In this document: positions 39,701-51,900 of the stretch, piece after piece
Numbering within the stretch: the stretch's first letter is position 1
How the letters are laid out: every line of letters begins with the position of its first letter
Origin: Thalia democratica
Taxonomy: Eukaryota
Direction: 5' to 3'
DNA: 64,000 nt
Assembly: GCA_965202585.1 (NCBI GenBank)
Contig: OZ241828.1
Span: 39,742,001 to 39,806,000, forward strand
The notes under the pieces: generated by a model
What the model was told of the DNA's origin: nothing
Seen by the model: only the letters and a program-made list of their open reading frames with translations
Database searches by the model: none
Program-made: the position numbers and the translations under genes

Positions 39701-40339
39701 AAAAACCTTGAAACCTTGAAAAAACTAGAATCTAACAATTTAGGCTAAAAAACCTGAATAAAACCTGGAATTTAAGAAATTTTTAAAAATTAAATAAAAT
39801 CTCATTGTTTTAGTTTTTTAGAATTCTAAAATTCGTAACTAAACGAGAGTGCGTAACGTCACGAGTGCGTAAAGATGCGAGAGGTTACTGTAGCTCTAGA
39901 ATATCTTTTCAATGTGTTTATACTATTTAACACAGTTTCTTACATTAAAAGTAGACCAGGGGCGTGTCTAGACTTTTTTCAAAGGGGGTTCACAATTTTT
40001 TTTTGTTCTTAATTTTCTTAACCAGTCAAAACACGCCCCTGAAGTAGACCCAAAAATGAGTACTTATAAAAACCTGGAGAAAATTTTCCAAAGACCTTTG
40101 ACAACTATGATATTTGTACAAAATAGAGTTAGTTCTCGTATAAACTTATTTGTATTAACAGCAAGTTTGGAGGAAGGGCTTATGAGGGAGACTGGAGACA
40201 CGAAGCTTCGTTGTTGCGTGAGGAACTTGTCAAGAACGGCATCACAGACTTCAACATGGAACAATTTCACTTTGCTGCCTACAACTCCCCCATGGACATT
40301 TTCCACAGAAGAAATGAAGTGTGGTTTACTAAAATGTAA
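33748..40339 (+). CDS. SOUL / heme-binding protein (HEBP family) with predicted signal peptide, 4 exons, 211 aa
   Basis: Exons 33748-33888, 37737-37872, 38195-38375, 40162-40339 total 636 nt, phases 0/1/2 consistent. Motifs FEIREY..ANW, FMKLFNYI.AGN, IPMTKPV, FYVP, FYVRKFGG, YNSP..IFHRRNEVW are SOUL-family hallmarks; starts MKLLFCFLFLVAFVNS. Confidence 0.92.
34397..36233. mobile_element. 1.84-kb non-autonomous DNA transposon, 13-bp terminal inverted repeats (TIRs), 6-bp TSD, in intron 1 of the SOUL gene
   Basis: CAGGGTTGCCACT...AGTGGCAACCATG; TSD ATAATG on both sides; GTCAGGAAA subterminal units (about 8 left, 4 right, all in one orientation); internal ~160-bp duplication near 35650-35910; no transposase ORF. 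Confidence 0.9.
39957..40041. mobile_element. 85-bp hAT-type MITE in SOUL intron 3
   Basis: TIRs CAGGGGCGTGT / ACACGCCCCTG; perfect 8-bp TSD AAGTAGAC (39949-39956 and 40042-40049). CAGGG ends with 8-bp TSDs are typical of hAT. Confidence 0.88.
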
Positions 40340-42063
40340 TACTTGATTCTAACATTGTGTTGTTAGATATACGCATCTTAATACCTTTATCGTGATAACT
40401 AAAAAATGTTTGAATTGAAATTATTTTTTGTAGATTTTTTCCAATCATTCGTTTGTGACACAATTATACTTAGTTAATCATTAATTTAAAGCATACGTTT
40501 AAAACTTATCTTTCAGTACAAGTGGTGATTTTGTTTGCTTTTGCACTTAATTTTTTGTATTTTGTTGTCTCTGTTAGTAAACTTAACTTTTTAACGATTT
40601 CATACAGCAATAAAGTTTCGTACACATTTTTGATGATAATTTTCAAATAATGATTAAAGCATATTTTTGAAATTTATTTTGATGTTGTGGTTAAGAAAAT
40701 AACAAATAAACTACTTAAAATAAGCATTTGTAATTAAAAATGTTTAGTAGAGTATTTTATAGAAATACTCAAAGGAATTACAAATCAACAAGTAAATTTG
40801 AAAACCATTTTTTTGTCAAAATAAAATCTTCACAGTAAGACACAGTCATAATAATTAAAGTTTTGATTTTTATAGCAACAAGTGTACCTTACTACTTATA
40901 CTACTTTCTCTGTAATATTCATGAAGAGGTCTTTAGTTAATCAAAAATCAAACTAAGTTTTTAATTTACTTATAAGTTATATCCATAACATAAAATGTTT
41001 TGTTTCTTTTATCTAGGATATGCTTGGTCGACAGAAAAAGAAATATTATATATATATATAAAGCATGTTTTAGATTTGTAGTATTCTTATTAGTTTACTG
41101 GATCCGAATCAAGAAAAGCTAAAATTTTTTGAAAAGTACTAAATTTATACTTAAATACAGAAAAATATCTAAATGTAAAATAAGTCACGTTTTTTGTATT
41201 AGTTTGTAATGCTTTTTTTATTAATACTTTTAGTACATAACTTACGTTTCTTAATTATTGATATTTAGGATTATTTAAATTTACACTGGAAGAATGACCT
41301 TTGTAAGACTTCGAAACAGAAATACTAGGTTTAGAAAGTAAATATTAATTTATTATTTTGTAAAGCCTTATAATTATAAAAACTCATAAATTACAAAAGC
41401 TTGAAAACTGAAATTATTTTGTTTTGTTATTTGAAACTTTTCGAATTTTTATTGAAAATAATTAAAAAAAAAAGCAAAACAGTTATTCTAATTTTAATAA
41501 TTTCGGCTACCTTACTACAGATTAAACGTATCAGAGAAGGTTAAAGGGAAAATAAAACTTCTCTACTGGTTTATCATACTCTTCGATTTAAGTAAAGTTA
41601 AAAGTAATGTAGATAATCATTGCTTTTTATTTATAAGCTTTAATAGTTGATACATATTAGTTGTTTTTTTTTAAGTACGAAGATTAAGGTTCGTAGCTTC
41701 TAGAAAGTAAAAAAAATGATCACCAAATACTATACTGGATTTAGTGAATTTATAGTTTTTTTTAACACTTTTATAAAGTTTTGTAAAACTGTATGTGTCA
41801 AATAACTTTATACGTCTATAACACGTTGCCCAAACAATAGTTCTTTTTTACACCTTTTATACTATCTTATACTAGATACTTAAAAAAGAATATGTTACAT
41901 TATTGCAGTTTAACTACAAAAATGAGTAAAATAAAAACAGTTTTTAGAGTAAGATATTGAAGAGTTCAAAGTTGTCGTACGCCTATATAAATGTTTTATA
42001 ATCATCATTGGTTGGGTAAATAAGCACGTAACTTCACCAGGCGACCAACAGCATCTAAGAAAA

Positions 42064-42104
42064 CCTACGACCAGTTTCGTTCTTATTAGGACTCGTCAGG
42101 CAGG
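42064..42104 (-). ncRNA. Minimal type I hammerhead ribozyme motif (PLE-associated type)
   Basis: Minus strand CCTGC-CTGACGA-GTCC-TAATAA-GAAC-GAAA-CTGG-TC-GTAGG: intact CUGANGA/GAAA core, GUC cleavage triplet, 5-bp stem I, stem II with one C.A mismatch, minimal stem III. Confidence 0.85.
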
Positions 42105-42344
42105 CATAGTCAAGGAGAGTATTGGCAGGGTAAAAGATTGATAATAATTTACAAAACTTTGTTGTAAAGTTTTCAATAAGCACAAACCAAATAGTTTACA
42201 AACATTATAGAACTTATAGTTGCTACTTTTGTACTGCTTTAAGATATTTTATGACTTAGAAAAGTATAACTGCGATAAGAAAAGTTTTAGGTTGTAGATG
42301 CTATGGTATTTTTATATCAATAATGTTTTTATATAATTTATTTA

Positions 42345-43085
42345 TATATGAACAACCTTTTTCCGGCGCGTAACTTATTCAAAAAAATATAACAAAACAC
42401 ATTTCTTTTTTTTTCTTTAGATTTATTTGAGTACTTTCAAAGTTAGTTTTGTCAAAAATTGTATCTTACTAAACTAAATTGAATTGAAATTAAAATTATA
42501 CTGTAGTTTAAAGTTTTAAAATATAAAATGACATAATAATCAAGTGAAAAAATTAACTTAATGCTTATACTAAAGAATTTTGCTGTACTAATAAAACTTG
42601 TTAGATTAAAGTCAAACTAAAATAAACAAACGATAACAAATAAAAATAAAGGTACACTTTTAGAAAAAGAAAAATTTTAGGCGAAAAAAAAACTTAATAT
42701 AAGTACTTAAAAAGTCTAGTCTCGTATACGAACTATTTTCTGCTTACATAAACTGGGCCTTAAAGATTGAATGTATAAGGCTTCTAGAATAAGTTGCTGT
42801 AAAGAGTTCTCCGCTCTCATCAAAAAAATATACAGCTGAAAAGAAAATCTCTTTACTATAATTTTTTGCACACTCTTGATTATCCAACAAATGTTGCCCA
42901 ACCGCCGAGAAGTATTTTTTGGTAGGTTTCTCCGAACGAACATCAAATCAGCTTTAAGATTTTTGGAATATGCTGATCGATTCTTACGTAAAACCTTTGA
43001 GATATTTTTCTCACGTAGTCACTACCACAGTGACAACTAAATTTATAGATGATGTTACTTTTTTCTTTGGTGGACAAAACATCTT
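42345..43085 (-). mobile_element. Penelope-like element 3' fragment (GIY-YIG + 3' region), left arm of an inverted pair
   Basis: Frame-shifted translation DVLSTKEKSNIIYKFSCHCGSDYV..ISQR..RIDQHIPK...SAVGQHLLDNQECAKNY...LILEALYIQSLRPSLCKQK. Confidence 0.85.
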
Positions 43086-43750
43086 TGTAAAATACTCTTA
43101 AAGGTCGATCAGTATAAAAAATTGTTCTTGAACGAGCAGAGCTGAAAACCTGGTCCTCAAAAAAGTTCTTTTCAGCTACATATTCTAGAAGCCTTAAACA
43201 TTCAATCTTTAAGGCCCAGTTTATGCAAGCAAAAAAAAGTTCATATACCCAACTAAGCTTTTTAAATCTTTATATTAAGTAGTTTTTAAGTAATTTGTTT
43301 CAAGTAAAATATTTATTATTTTAAAGTGTAGTTTTATTTTTTTTTGTTATCGTTGGTTTATTTTAGTTTGATTTTAATCTAACAAATTTTATTAGTATAG
43401 CAAAATTCTTTAGTAAAAGCATTTGGTTAATTTTTACACTTGATGATTACATCATATTATATTTTAAAACTTTAAACTTTATATTAATTTCAATTCAGTT
43501 TAATTTAGTGAGATAAAATTTTTGAAAAGACTTTCTTTAAAAGTACTCAAATAAAACACAAAAAAAATAAATAAATGTGTTTTGTTATGTTATATAGAAT
43601 ATGTATATAGAAAATAAGGTGATTGTTTAAACTTAATCACCTTAATGGTTTTTGTAAATTTTATTTGTTTGCTTTGTTTAGTTAGATGGAAGAACAATTT
43701 TTGCACCTAATATTTGTAATGCACAATATTCAATTCTTACGTCATAATGT

Positions 43751-43809
43751 TTTTTGAGCTGAAGATTAAAGACAATCTTTTTTGTCTAAATGAAACATAT
43801 GTTCTAGAA
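43751..43809 (+). ncRNA. Degenerate minimal hammerhead motif
   Basis: TTTTTGAG-CTGAAGA-TTAAAGAC...GTCTAAAT-GAAA-CATATG-TT-CTAGAA: core intact, palindromic stem III (ACATATGT), GUU triplet, stems I and II eroded. Confidence 0.5.
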
Positions 43810-43860
43810 TTTTTAAATCGCATTTTACTAACAAATTATATACATACAAGAAAAAATTAC

Positions 43861-43902
43861 TTGGCTAAAGACGCGTATTGAACGCAGAAACAGCTGTCCC
43901 AA
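43861..43902 (+). ncRNA. Minimal type I hammerhead motif with a G5-to-A core substitution
   Basis: TTGG-CTAAAGA-CGCGT-ATTGA-ACGCA-GAAA-CAGCTG-TC-CCAA: perfect 4-bp stem I, GCGT/ACGC stem II, palindromic stem III (ACAGCTGT), GUC triplet; CUGANGA reads CUAAAGA. Confidence 0.75.
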
Positions 43903-45230
43903 TAAAAAGTTTATTTTGTGTATTTTAGTTTTATATATATATATATATATAAATAAAACACTAAGTTTTCAAATACAATTGTTTCACTAATTGCAAAAAG
44001 TGTATACTTTAGCCTATCTAAAGTTTTATGATTATCAACAATGGATCTTAGTTTATGGAAAGTTAATGTTTAAATAAAAGTCTATTATGGTTATTAAGTC
44101 TGTGAAAACTTCAGCGTTAATGTAGTTATCAAACATTACTTTAAGTTTAATTTAACATAAAGAATTTAATTTAAGTAAGATAAAGACTTCTACTTAACTA
44201 CAAAATCTGTTCAATTTATTTTAGAGCAAATAAAGAAAAGTGGAATAAAAATTTAGTTCTCTTAAAATTACTTAAGAGAAAACTAAGATTACTTATAAGA
44301 ATTTGACACATATATTACTAAAAAAGACAAGAAATTAATAAATTTGAATGCATTCAAATGAAAAATAATCATTTACATAACTTTCTTATTTAGTGTAAAT
44401 AGTATTATATTAGAAAAACTATGGTAAAAAACAAGATTGTATAAAACATGTCTATATAAAGTCTTAGAAAGTTTTAATAACATTAGTCTTAATTAAAATA
44501 TATAATTCTATTTGATATGTGAAAATTAAAATAATGGCTTTGTTTAGGATTTATAATATTTAAAAATAAATTATATGATTTATTATTCATAATGTATTAT
44601 TAAGTGTAACCGTAAAACATCGTATATGTTCTGTGAATAACTTTTATTTAATAATGTTCAACTCAAGCTTCAGATAAAATAAAATATTTCGTGTTATCTC
44701 CTCAGTTGCTTAAATAGCAATAAAAAAACAGGTTGATTTAACTTATATAGCTATATGATAATCAATGTAACATAATTAAAGACAAGAGTAATTCGCAAAA
44801 ATTAATTAGAAAACAAGAAGTAAAAGTAAACAAGCAACTTATTTACAATCAAAACAATACTTTTAAATTATATTACTAAAAATATTATATTTTTGATTTG
44901 TAGACTATTAAAAACAATAAAATGCTTCACTCCTTTAGTAAACTATAAAAGATCTTCAGTTTTTAAATATTTTTATTTCAATAAGAGTTCTACTTAAAAA
45001 AAACTAATTTAAGAACTGAATGTATTTTTAAATTTACTATATGAACAAAACATTGTATTGTTTTTAACAATCTGCAAAATTAAATATAATTTGTCTCCTT
45101 ATAGCTACATAAATTGAGAACTTTAAATTGGTCAATTTAAAGTAAACTACAATGTCATACAAAAATATTTGTACTACAGTTAATAAACACAGTTTCGAAA
45201 ATAAAGCAACATTGTAATCAACGTATTATT

Positions 45231-45344
45231 ATTTATTGAAGGACAAAAAAATTTCTCAAAATGTTTGGTCCAAGGGCCTGGTGTACAAAAAACCTTTCGG
45301 TTATCGAGTCATACACCAGAGCAGTTAAACGTCATGCCCAGGAC
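45231..45344 (-). repeat. Copy of the ~120-nt structured dispersed element
   Basis: Reverse complement GTCCTGGGCATGACGTTTAAC...GGTGTATGACTCGATAACCGAAAGGTTTTTTGTACACCAGGCCCTTGGACCAAACATTTTGAG...TGTCCTTCAATAA. Confidence 0.88.
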
Positions 45345-45479
45345 CTAGTATTGTTTTTAGAAAGGTTAGGTTTCCTAATAAGATATAATTGGCTTCTAAT
45401 TATGTCTATTTGTAAATGCCATGAAAAGTGTTTATTGTTTTAAACCTGTTTAAACTAAAGTTGTTTGCATAATCAAGGT

Positions 45480-45962
45480 TAATTTTTTGGTGTTGTAGAA
45501 TAGATGATCGTTTCATAGCATTCAATGCTTTGTTTTCAATGATTTGTTTTGTTTTTCCGACAATTTTACAAAAGTTTTCTATACTTTTTTTGACATATGT
45601 TCCTTTATTTTTTACTAAATTTTTGAAATGTAGTTCAGGTATATCTTGCTACACAGAAGGATTAAACTGGAATACTATCATACTTTTTGTAAATTCGAAT
45701 ATCAGATCTATACCACTGAGTCTTAATAGCGGTCTATACGTGAAAATGACTCTAGGTTTTACTGTTAAATAAGAATTTGCTGATCAACTGAATAATATTC
45801 TTTTCAACAATTCTTTAATTCATAGTAACAAACAATAACTTCAATTTCAACTGATATTTGCGAATCGCTCTTGTCTTAAGCCAAGTTATATTGATTATCT
45901 TGTGGTTATATAAGCTTTTTAAAACCTGACGTTTCATTGCTATGTAAACAACTGAGGAGATA
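45480..45962 (-). mobile_element. Degenerate Penelope-like element fragment with an eroded hammerhead half upstream
   Basis: Minus translation VKPRVIFTYRPLLRLSGIDLI...KSMIVFQFN then frame-shifted C...KEH, matching the PLE linker/GIY-YIG start; GCAATGAAACGTCAGG (hammerhead 3' half) at ~45924-45940. Confidence 0.6.
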
Positions 45963-48900
45963 GCAAAAATATATTTTGTTCATCTGATATCTAAGTGTAC
46001 TTTATCTATTAAATAGATAGTTGAACTTTTCTATAATGTTAAGTCTAATTAAAATAAATGTCATAGTAAATTTGTGAGAAAAATTCTAGATGTAAGTTGG
46101 TTTAACAATTTTTTTTAACCAAAAATTTTTTTATATCGATTGCAGTTGAATTCATAAGTACGAGCTTAGCTGTATTCCTTTGAATATTTTTTTTCAAGAA
46201 GGACAAAATAAATTTAATTTAAGTATAACTAAGTGACTAACTTTAATAAGTTTTGTAATTAATCTATTTACTAGTACAAACTAGTAAACGAGAAACTTAC
46301 AAAACCGAATAAACAAGTAGAAAATATAAGCCTAACCCTTAATTATTTTAGAACAAATTGATAAAAATAATACATACAAAAACCTTCTTTAAAACGTATA
46401 AAAAATGGTTTTCACTACTATTTTTTTTATGCAAAATGTAATTGCAAATACTAAAAAACTATATAAGTTTTTGATCATTTGTCGAATTAATTTACTACAA
46501 GTCGAAAAACAAATTTTGATAATCGTTTCTAAACTCTTTGAAAAATTTATATAGATTTAAAACATACAATTTCGTTTACCATTTCACGTCAGTTGAAAAT
46601 TATTTTATCTAAATACCATGAAATCTGTAGCAAATATTTTTAATATTTTGTGACTTATTTAAGTTATCAGCTTTACATTATAAACATTAAAACTGGAAGA
46701 CATTTACAAGAGAGATTTAGATAGTTCATAACTGTAAAATTCTAAAGTTATTTAATTATAAGGTATAAAAGAATTTAATCAAATATCTAATTGTTTATAT
46801 ATTTGTACATTATTCATGCAACTATTATAAATCCTTATTTTAATCATAGTTTCTAGCATTTACTATTGTAAAGACCTAAAATTTGTATTACTTTATTAAT
46901 GTTACTTGATAATCTTATAGTGTAAAAAGAAAAAAAAGCATCTTACTAATTTCAAGCTGCTATCGTTTAGCAAAATGTAGAGATAAAACGTAATACTACT
47001 TTCTTAAATTACTAGGATTTAATTTCAAATCTAAGGTTTTGAAGAGTGTTTAAGTACTTAAAAATTCAATTACTGTTTTACATAAATATTTTGTTTGAAT
47101 TTAATTTTGTTTAAATAGAATACAAAATATTTATCTTAACTTTTTTTTTGTGTTTTTGAGTTTTTTTTATAAAGAAAAGCAAGTTTTTGTTTTATGAATC
47201 ACTTAGTCTGTAAAAAAAAATACATATATTAATTAAAACTTTTAAATAGTAACAATTTTAACTATTTTTTTTAATCTTAAGTAGTTTATGCAAATATACT
47301 TAAATTTTAAGTCTTAACAAAAACCATTTGAGATGAATAGCTCTTTATTGACATATTGGTAGCAATACTATATATATATTTTAATGTTTAGTTCTTATCT
47401 TTAAATACTCCTTTTTATCGTAATTATCAAAATAAAACTTGTAAGGAAATGTTTAAATATTAACACTTAATTTTCTACTTAAACTTAAAATACTATACAT
47501 ATATTTAATTTTATTCGAGCTTTTAAGCGTAAAAGAGAACATTAAAATATGGTCAGGAATAATTTCTTCTTCTGTTCAAAAATACAAAACTTTATTAAGC
47601 TATTATAAAACTTATAAAATAGAAAAAAAAAATTCTTAGCTCAATTTTCCAATGTATAAATTGAGTTCTAAAATAGACTAACTTGTTTATGCATAAAAGT
47701 GAAATATACGCACATCTAAATCAAAAAAGACTAAGTTAAGTCGAAACAACATCTTTATAAATGCACTTGACAAAGTTTTATGCAGTTATTATAAAACTGT
47801 ATATGCTATTCTAAAACGAAAAAACAGAATTATATTTTGTTTTGGATGTACATTAATAATAAAACAATTAAAAATCAAAAAGTAGTTAATTTTTTGGAAA
47901 TAATCAAAATTCTTTGAATTTTTTTAGTTTTGAAATATAGTTTAAAACTCTCTAAAATTACTTTAGATTAATGTTGTGTTGAACAAAAATTAACTAGATT
48001 CTAATCCTGTTTTATTATAAATCGATAAGTATAGATTAAAACTCAAAATAAGTTTACTGTGTTTTTAGTAAAACTTTTTGAAGTCAGACTTTTTACAACG
48101 TTTTTTGAACAAGTTTAAATAGTTACGTCATTATTCCTATATGTTTTTTGCAGTATCTAAATAACTATTTTTTGTAAATAGAAGTTTTATTTTATTATTA
48201 TTACAATTGAGTAAAAAAAGACTCACGCAAAATAGGACTGAATTTTTATAAAAACTTGTTTGTTTTCCAAAAACCAGCCTGGGAAATTAAAAAAAGCTGT
48301 AACTAAACTTAAGAATAACTTTTTGGCTTTTTAACGAATTTAGTTATAACTTTTCAAAACTCTATTGATAAATGTTTCTATAATAAAAAAAGCATCAAAT
48401 TATGTAGACATTAAACAAGTTTATCAAATTTTGTCTACCTAGTTGAAATCTAAACACTTCACTTTTATATCAAATGCTTTTTTACTTTTTTAAGATTGAG
48501 ATCAAAACTTAGTATATCTGTCTCCTTTTTTTTTCCTTAAATTCAATCGATAAAAGTTGTGTGCCAAGCCAACTAACTAATAATTAGAAGATAAACAAAA
48601 TAGCGTACTACATCAATAATTAATTTAGTAGTATTAAAAAGTAAGAAAGGTTTGCAATCTTTGTTATGTATTTATTTGTCTAATTTTATTAAATCTATAA
48701 AATCATTAGCTAAATCGTCTGGTTGTTGTCTTATTGCATTTGCAAGGAAACTAGCGTGTTTGCAGTTTTTTACACACGTGATTTAATGCGTGAGTGGGTT
48801 TGAAGTACTTAAGCCTTGTGCTGCACAAAAAATAACTCGTTTTCTGCTATCTCAGCAAAAGAAAGAGAGAGAAAACGAAATTTACTTGTTGTTTTTTTTT

Positions 48901-48965
48901 TGTTTTGATAGTATTTTTACAATTTTTTCAGCTATTTGTTTCAGTTTTTGTAAAAGTTTTATAAA

Positions 48966-51900
48966 ATGTCATTGCCAACTACTTTAACGAAGTATGAATT
49001 TTCAAAAGTAAGTTTTGTTTATTATTAAAACTTTTATTTACTACAGAACTATAATACTTTTGTTACTTTAGTTTAAAAAATTTGAAAATTATTTGTTAGT
49101 AAAATTAGAATTAAAGATATAAATAAAGTCATAAAGTTTTCAATTACCATGTTGACTTTAGTTTATTTGTTTCAACTCTCTTTTACCAGTATAACAGGAA
49201 GTATCAACTGCGTTAACTTACATAAACAATGAAAAACACACTTAAAAAAGTCTTGTTGTATTTCGTTCAAAAATCAAAAAATTTTTGATGTAAACTGTAT
49301 TTTTTATCATATACTTTTAAATTGATTTAACATCTAACAAAATGAATAATTGATCAAACAAAACTTTTACTTTTAAGTTATTAATAGTATTTTGTGATGT
49401 TTTAACTTTAATTCAATTTAAACTGCAGTTGATCACACATAATAAAAAATACTTTTTTTAAACTTGTTTTTAATTTGTATTTGTTACACACTTAATGATA
49501 ACAGCCTTGTTAATTTTAGGTTGAACTACATTGTCATTTAGATGGTACTTACCATCTTTCTTCAATAGTTGAAATGGCAAAGTTAGTGTTATCATTGTTA
49601 TTTATTAACTTATTATGCTTTATCTTATGTCAACCTTCGCAAACTATCTTAACAGTTTTGTTCATCTTAAGTTTAAGCGTAGTTTTTAAGTTTTGTAAAA
49701 AAATGAAACTATAATTTATTTAATATCTCATAACGCAATTAAAACTGTTCAAAACAATTTATTTAGTTTGAGAGTTCAATTTAAAAATTTAAAGTTACAA
49801 ATAAACTCTAAAGAATTTCGAAACTTTATGTTAAAAATTGATAGAGTTTATTTCACAACAAATCAAACTAGCGATAAATAATGTAAATATTATTCGCAGC
49901 CAAAGTTCAATTAATTTCAAACTTGTTTACGCTTAAACCGTAAATTGAAGAATTGATTTAGCAATTCTTATGTTAAAAAAAATTATACGAAACCTATTTA
50001 ATTAAAACTTTTTGTACTAATAATGAGTGTTTTATTTACTTTTAACAAAATAAAAACTTATATACTTTGAAAACTAAAAAAAAACAGCAAGTAAAGATTT
50101 TAAAAATTTAATTACCTCAATTAAGTACGTAAAAAAGTTTATAAATTTTTACTTAAAAAAAAACAACTGTAGAAAAAAAAATACAGCTAGTAAAGGATAC
50201 AAATTAAATCAAACCTAGAGCAAATTTTTCGCACGTTTACTAAGTGTTTAATTTTCTAACACATCACTAACGAAAATTAAAAATGAACTATAGTTAATTT
50301 AACCTTCATAATTTTTATAGGTTAAAAAAACTTTTTTTTTTAAATTAAAATGAAAAAATAATAAAAAGGAGCAGGGGAGTCAAGCTTCCATCTTTTGACC
50401 CGGTGATGCTATCGAAGATGTACTGCAACCTGAAAAGATGCGACAGTCTCGACGATTACTTGAGAATTTTCATGGTCGTCGGCCCCGTCTTTTTGTGAGT
50501 GATGGTATGTGTGGTTGTTTGAGGAGAGCAAAAAAAAAAGACTAAGAAACAAAACAGTTTTGTACAACTAAGTTGCTATATAGACTTATTTTTAAATTTA
50601 ATTTTTTAGGATAAAAATATTACCAAACATACTTTTTAAGTATTTTAAGCCGCTTCTGACTAAAATGTGCTTTGTGGCTGTGATACCCTTCACTTGAGTT
50701 TTATTTGCTCCGCTAATTTTTTCAATTTCACACAGCTGGTGTTTTATTTGTTTTACTCTATTGTTATTTGCTAATACAATTTAAATTTATGTATCTAATT
50801 GCTAAAAATATTCATTAATAGAGGTCATCCAGCAAATATCCAAAGGTTAGCAAGAGAGAGTGTAATAATTAAAGCAAGTTACGGTGTCAGGTATATTGAA
50901 ATGAGGTACTCCCCTCACCTTATGCTGGAAGAAGATTCTGCAAGGTTTTTAACAAAATCTTATATTTTAAAAACTCAATAACTATTTAGGGAAAAGCGAG
51001 TTTATGCTAAGATAAAAGTAGCAGAAAAAGTTATAATTATGTATTAAAAAGTCTTAAATTTTACAAAACGTAGTCTTTCAATGATCATAAATAAATACCA
51101 TGGAGAAATATTTATTTATTTAGCAATCGTACACTTTTTAAAAGCAATCTATAACTTTAAAACTTCTCAAACTAATATTCTCAAAGTATTTAGATATATC
51201 ATATAGTTTGTATAATTTTGAAACAAAGCACTTAAAATGGATCATCTTATTAAACAGTTCTAAAAATAACAGTTTTTAGAAAATTTGCGTACTTGACATT
51301 GTTTAAAAATACCTTAAATGTTGTTTATTTTTTTGTATAAATAAACTAGCAAGGGAATAGGATGTAGAGAAATCATTCAAGCGGTAAACATTGGATTCAA
51401 AGAAGGCATGGAGGAAGTGAAAAAGCAAGGAAAATCAATAGAAGTTAGAAGCATATTGTGTTGCGTTATATTCAAGCCTGGTTGGTTTTTATATTAGTTT
51501 ACTTGAATTACATATTTTTTTGTGTATTAAAATTATTGTAGTTCAAAACTAAAAATAAGAACTACTTAAGAAATTATTAAAAAGATAAAAATAAAGTACA
51601 AAATAAATAAACTTAAGTATTATTATTGAAAAAGTTTATTGTACTTAATAAAAAAATTGTTTTAGTGTAAAAAATGTAAATGTAAAAACTAAAATACTAG
51701 AAACTTATTTTATGACATACACGTACCTAAACGTAACAAGCACAAAAACTATGTTGACATTTTTCTTATACAAGTAAATTTTAAAAGTTTTATTGTGTCT
51801 TGCACTGCTTATAAAAAAAATAAAACTTTTCTTGTTTTAACCTAGTATGTGTGATTTTCAAAAAGTTCATTACTATTTTTTACTACTGATTTCCGAAAAC

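Larger units (their letters stand above)
43115..43910 (+). mobile_element. Penelope-like element 3' fragment, right arm of the inverted pair, ending in two hammerhead-like motifs
   Basis: SFQLHILEALNIQSLRPSLCKQK; 43115-43635 is the reverse complement (with indels) of ~42345-42830. Confidence 0.8.
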
